In this document: positions 62,407 through 64,000 of the stretch, piece by piece | How the letters are laid out: each line of letters starts with the position of its first letter | Numbering within the stretch: the first letter of the stretch is position 1 | DNA from: Geosiphon pyriformis uo1 | Lineage: Eukaryota > Fungi > Glomeromycota | Reading direction: 5' to 3' | DNA length: 64,000 bases | NCBI GenBank assembly: GCA_016748015.1 | Contig: JAAOMT010000675.1 | Location: 868,001 to 932,000, forward strand | Translations under genes and position numbers: made by a program | Notes under the pieces: model-generated | Database searches by the model: none | The model's input: only the letters and a program-made list of their open reading frames with translations | What the model was told of the DNA's origin: nothing

Positions 62407-63290
62407 TGTTACAGATAATTATTTGGGGTCTTAAAGCAAATAACAAACCCATAACTTAGTGCTCAATTAATTGATAATGCTGGTGATACTAGTACGTTGG
62501 TTGTATCTGAAAATTTTGGAGTTGAGTTCTTTGTATAATAGACAGAGATTCTTTGTTGATGTTATTTGCAGTTAATTTGTGTAAGTTGTTTCCCAATTTC
62601 TTTCTTAGCTTGATGGCCAGATTTATTCTGGCAGTTGTGTCCTTCTAATAAGCTATCTGATAATATATATAATGCTACCCTTATCTCTGAGTCTTTTACC
62701 AGGCTATCTGTGACATTAATAACTCAGCGCTTTTAATCAATTAGTATACAACAAAATCAAATAAAAAAAATAAAAAAAAATAAAGAAATGTAAGAAATAA
62801 GCCAAGGTAATTTACAAGTTAGTATCTTGTCAATAGCTGTAATCAAAAGCTATTGTTCCAATGTGGTTAAGTATTAATTACTATTAACATAAAGTATTGA
62901 TAGTGAAGAGTGAATTGAGATAGTGAATAATTATTTATTGATATTTGTGATGTAGAAGGTTTCTAACTGATGGATTCTGCTTTTTTTACTTTTAATGCTA
63001 CCACTATATATATATAATTGATGTTTTATGAGATTGCTCACATTCCCGAGTAATGTGCTATGATTTCTTGAGCAATGCTCACATTGCTGAGCAATGTGTC
63101 ATATTTTCTTGACATCGCTTCACATTGCTGAGCAATGTGCCTTGATTTTTGACATTGCTCCACATTGCTGAGCAATGTGCTATAATTTCTGATATTGCTT
63201 CATATTGCTGAGCAATATGCTCATGTGCTAACTACTACTTTGCCTATTGGTCTACTATTTTCTATAACTGTTTTCTTTTTATGAGTAACA
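62407..63290 (-). repeat. E8 5' LTR
   Basis: Minus strand TGTTACTCAT...CTGTAACA; copy of 52931-53814. Confidence 0.96.
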
Positions 63291-64000
63291 GCAGAATAGT
63301 CTGCAGGTGCCAATTGTAGTTCTTCTTCTGCTTTTCCTTTTCTCTTTTCTTCCCAAGTTGGTGGTGGAGATAACTCTGTTTGGAAATTATTTGTCCATAA
63401 AACTTAATAGGTTTTTATGGTTGGTGGTGATATTGTGTCTTCAAATTCAATTAACAGTTCCTCTGAGCTTTGGATTTTAAAGTGTCTGCACGTAGCCAGG
63501 ACTTGGGCATGTCATCCATTAAAAGTAATCTGTAATTTCTGTGTGTTCCAGTCAAAAATGGCATGGGCTTTGGCCAACCAGTTATTTCCGACAAGAGCTT
63601 GATATTGTGTGGCTTCCATGACCAGAACTTTTATAGGAATTTGGATTCTGTTAATTTTGAAGAAAAAGTTATCAATTTTTTCAATTGGGGTTTTGGTATT
63701 GCCATCTGCAGTAATAATTTGGGTGGTTGTAGCATGATCTATTTGGTGATCTAATTGATCCATGAGTTGTTTTGTTATTATACTGCCTGCTAATTTGCTA
63801 TTGAGAATTAATTTAATGTTTATGTTTCCGACTTTAGCATTAGTATACAGGGCCATGATTGGTTTGTCCTAATTTATGGTGGCTTTATTAAAAAGGCTAT
63901 TTGTGTTCAGACTATCAATGTTGAAGAGGAAAATAGCAGCAAAGGTGGTATTTTTAGTGATAGTAGTGGGTGGAATAGTATTGTTGATTTGATTTTACCT
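63291..64000 (-). pseudogene. pol: E7 aspartic protease region (continuation beyond E8)
   Basis: LILNSKLAGSII..TADGNTKTP..YQALVGNNWL (63512-63856). Confidence 0.88.

Overview
This is eukaryotic, AT-rich, CpG-depleted DNA with no recognisable host gene. The whole window is a nest of decayed Ty3/Gypsy (Metaviridae-like) LTR retrotransposons. I resolve eight elements and one solo LTR in four families. Family alpha is E1 (1-6427, -), E4 (21367-39014, +, split), E5 (25871-35804, +), E8 (52931-63290, -) and a solo LTR (18705-19538). Family beta is E2 (6428-16304, +). Family gamma is E3 (16305-21366, +) and E6 (39015-46589, +). Family delta is E7 (46590->64000, -, split by E8). Nesting is E3>E4>(E5; E6>E7>E8). 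All coding regions are pseudogenised, mainly by C>T/G>A transitions. The Gag sequences resemble repeats I recall from Glomeromycotina fungi (Geosiphon-like); this is inference, not a search result. The main observation is an unusual three-ORF architecture shared by all four families. ORF1 is a single-frame Gag-protease-Cys-rich-(dUTPase)-RT-RNaseH polyprotein that stops right after RNase H; in alpha and beta it appears to carry a GUG-initiated, Met-free N-terminal extension. ORF2 is a free-standing integrase with its own start codon. ORF3 is a conserved non-Env protein of about 200-270 aa running up to or over the PPT. Other shared signals are anti-PBS hairpins around the primer site, a conserved pre-PPT motif and family-specific U3 repeat cassettes. 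Coordinates were read by eye; internal domain boundaries are approximate.
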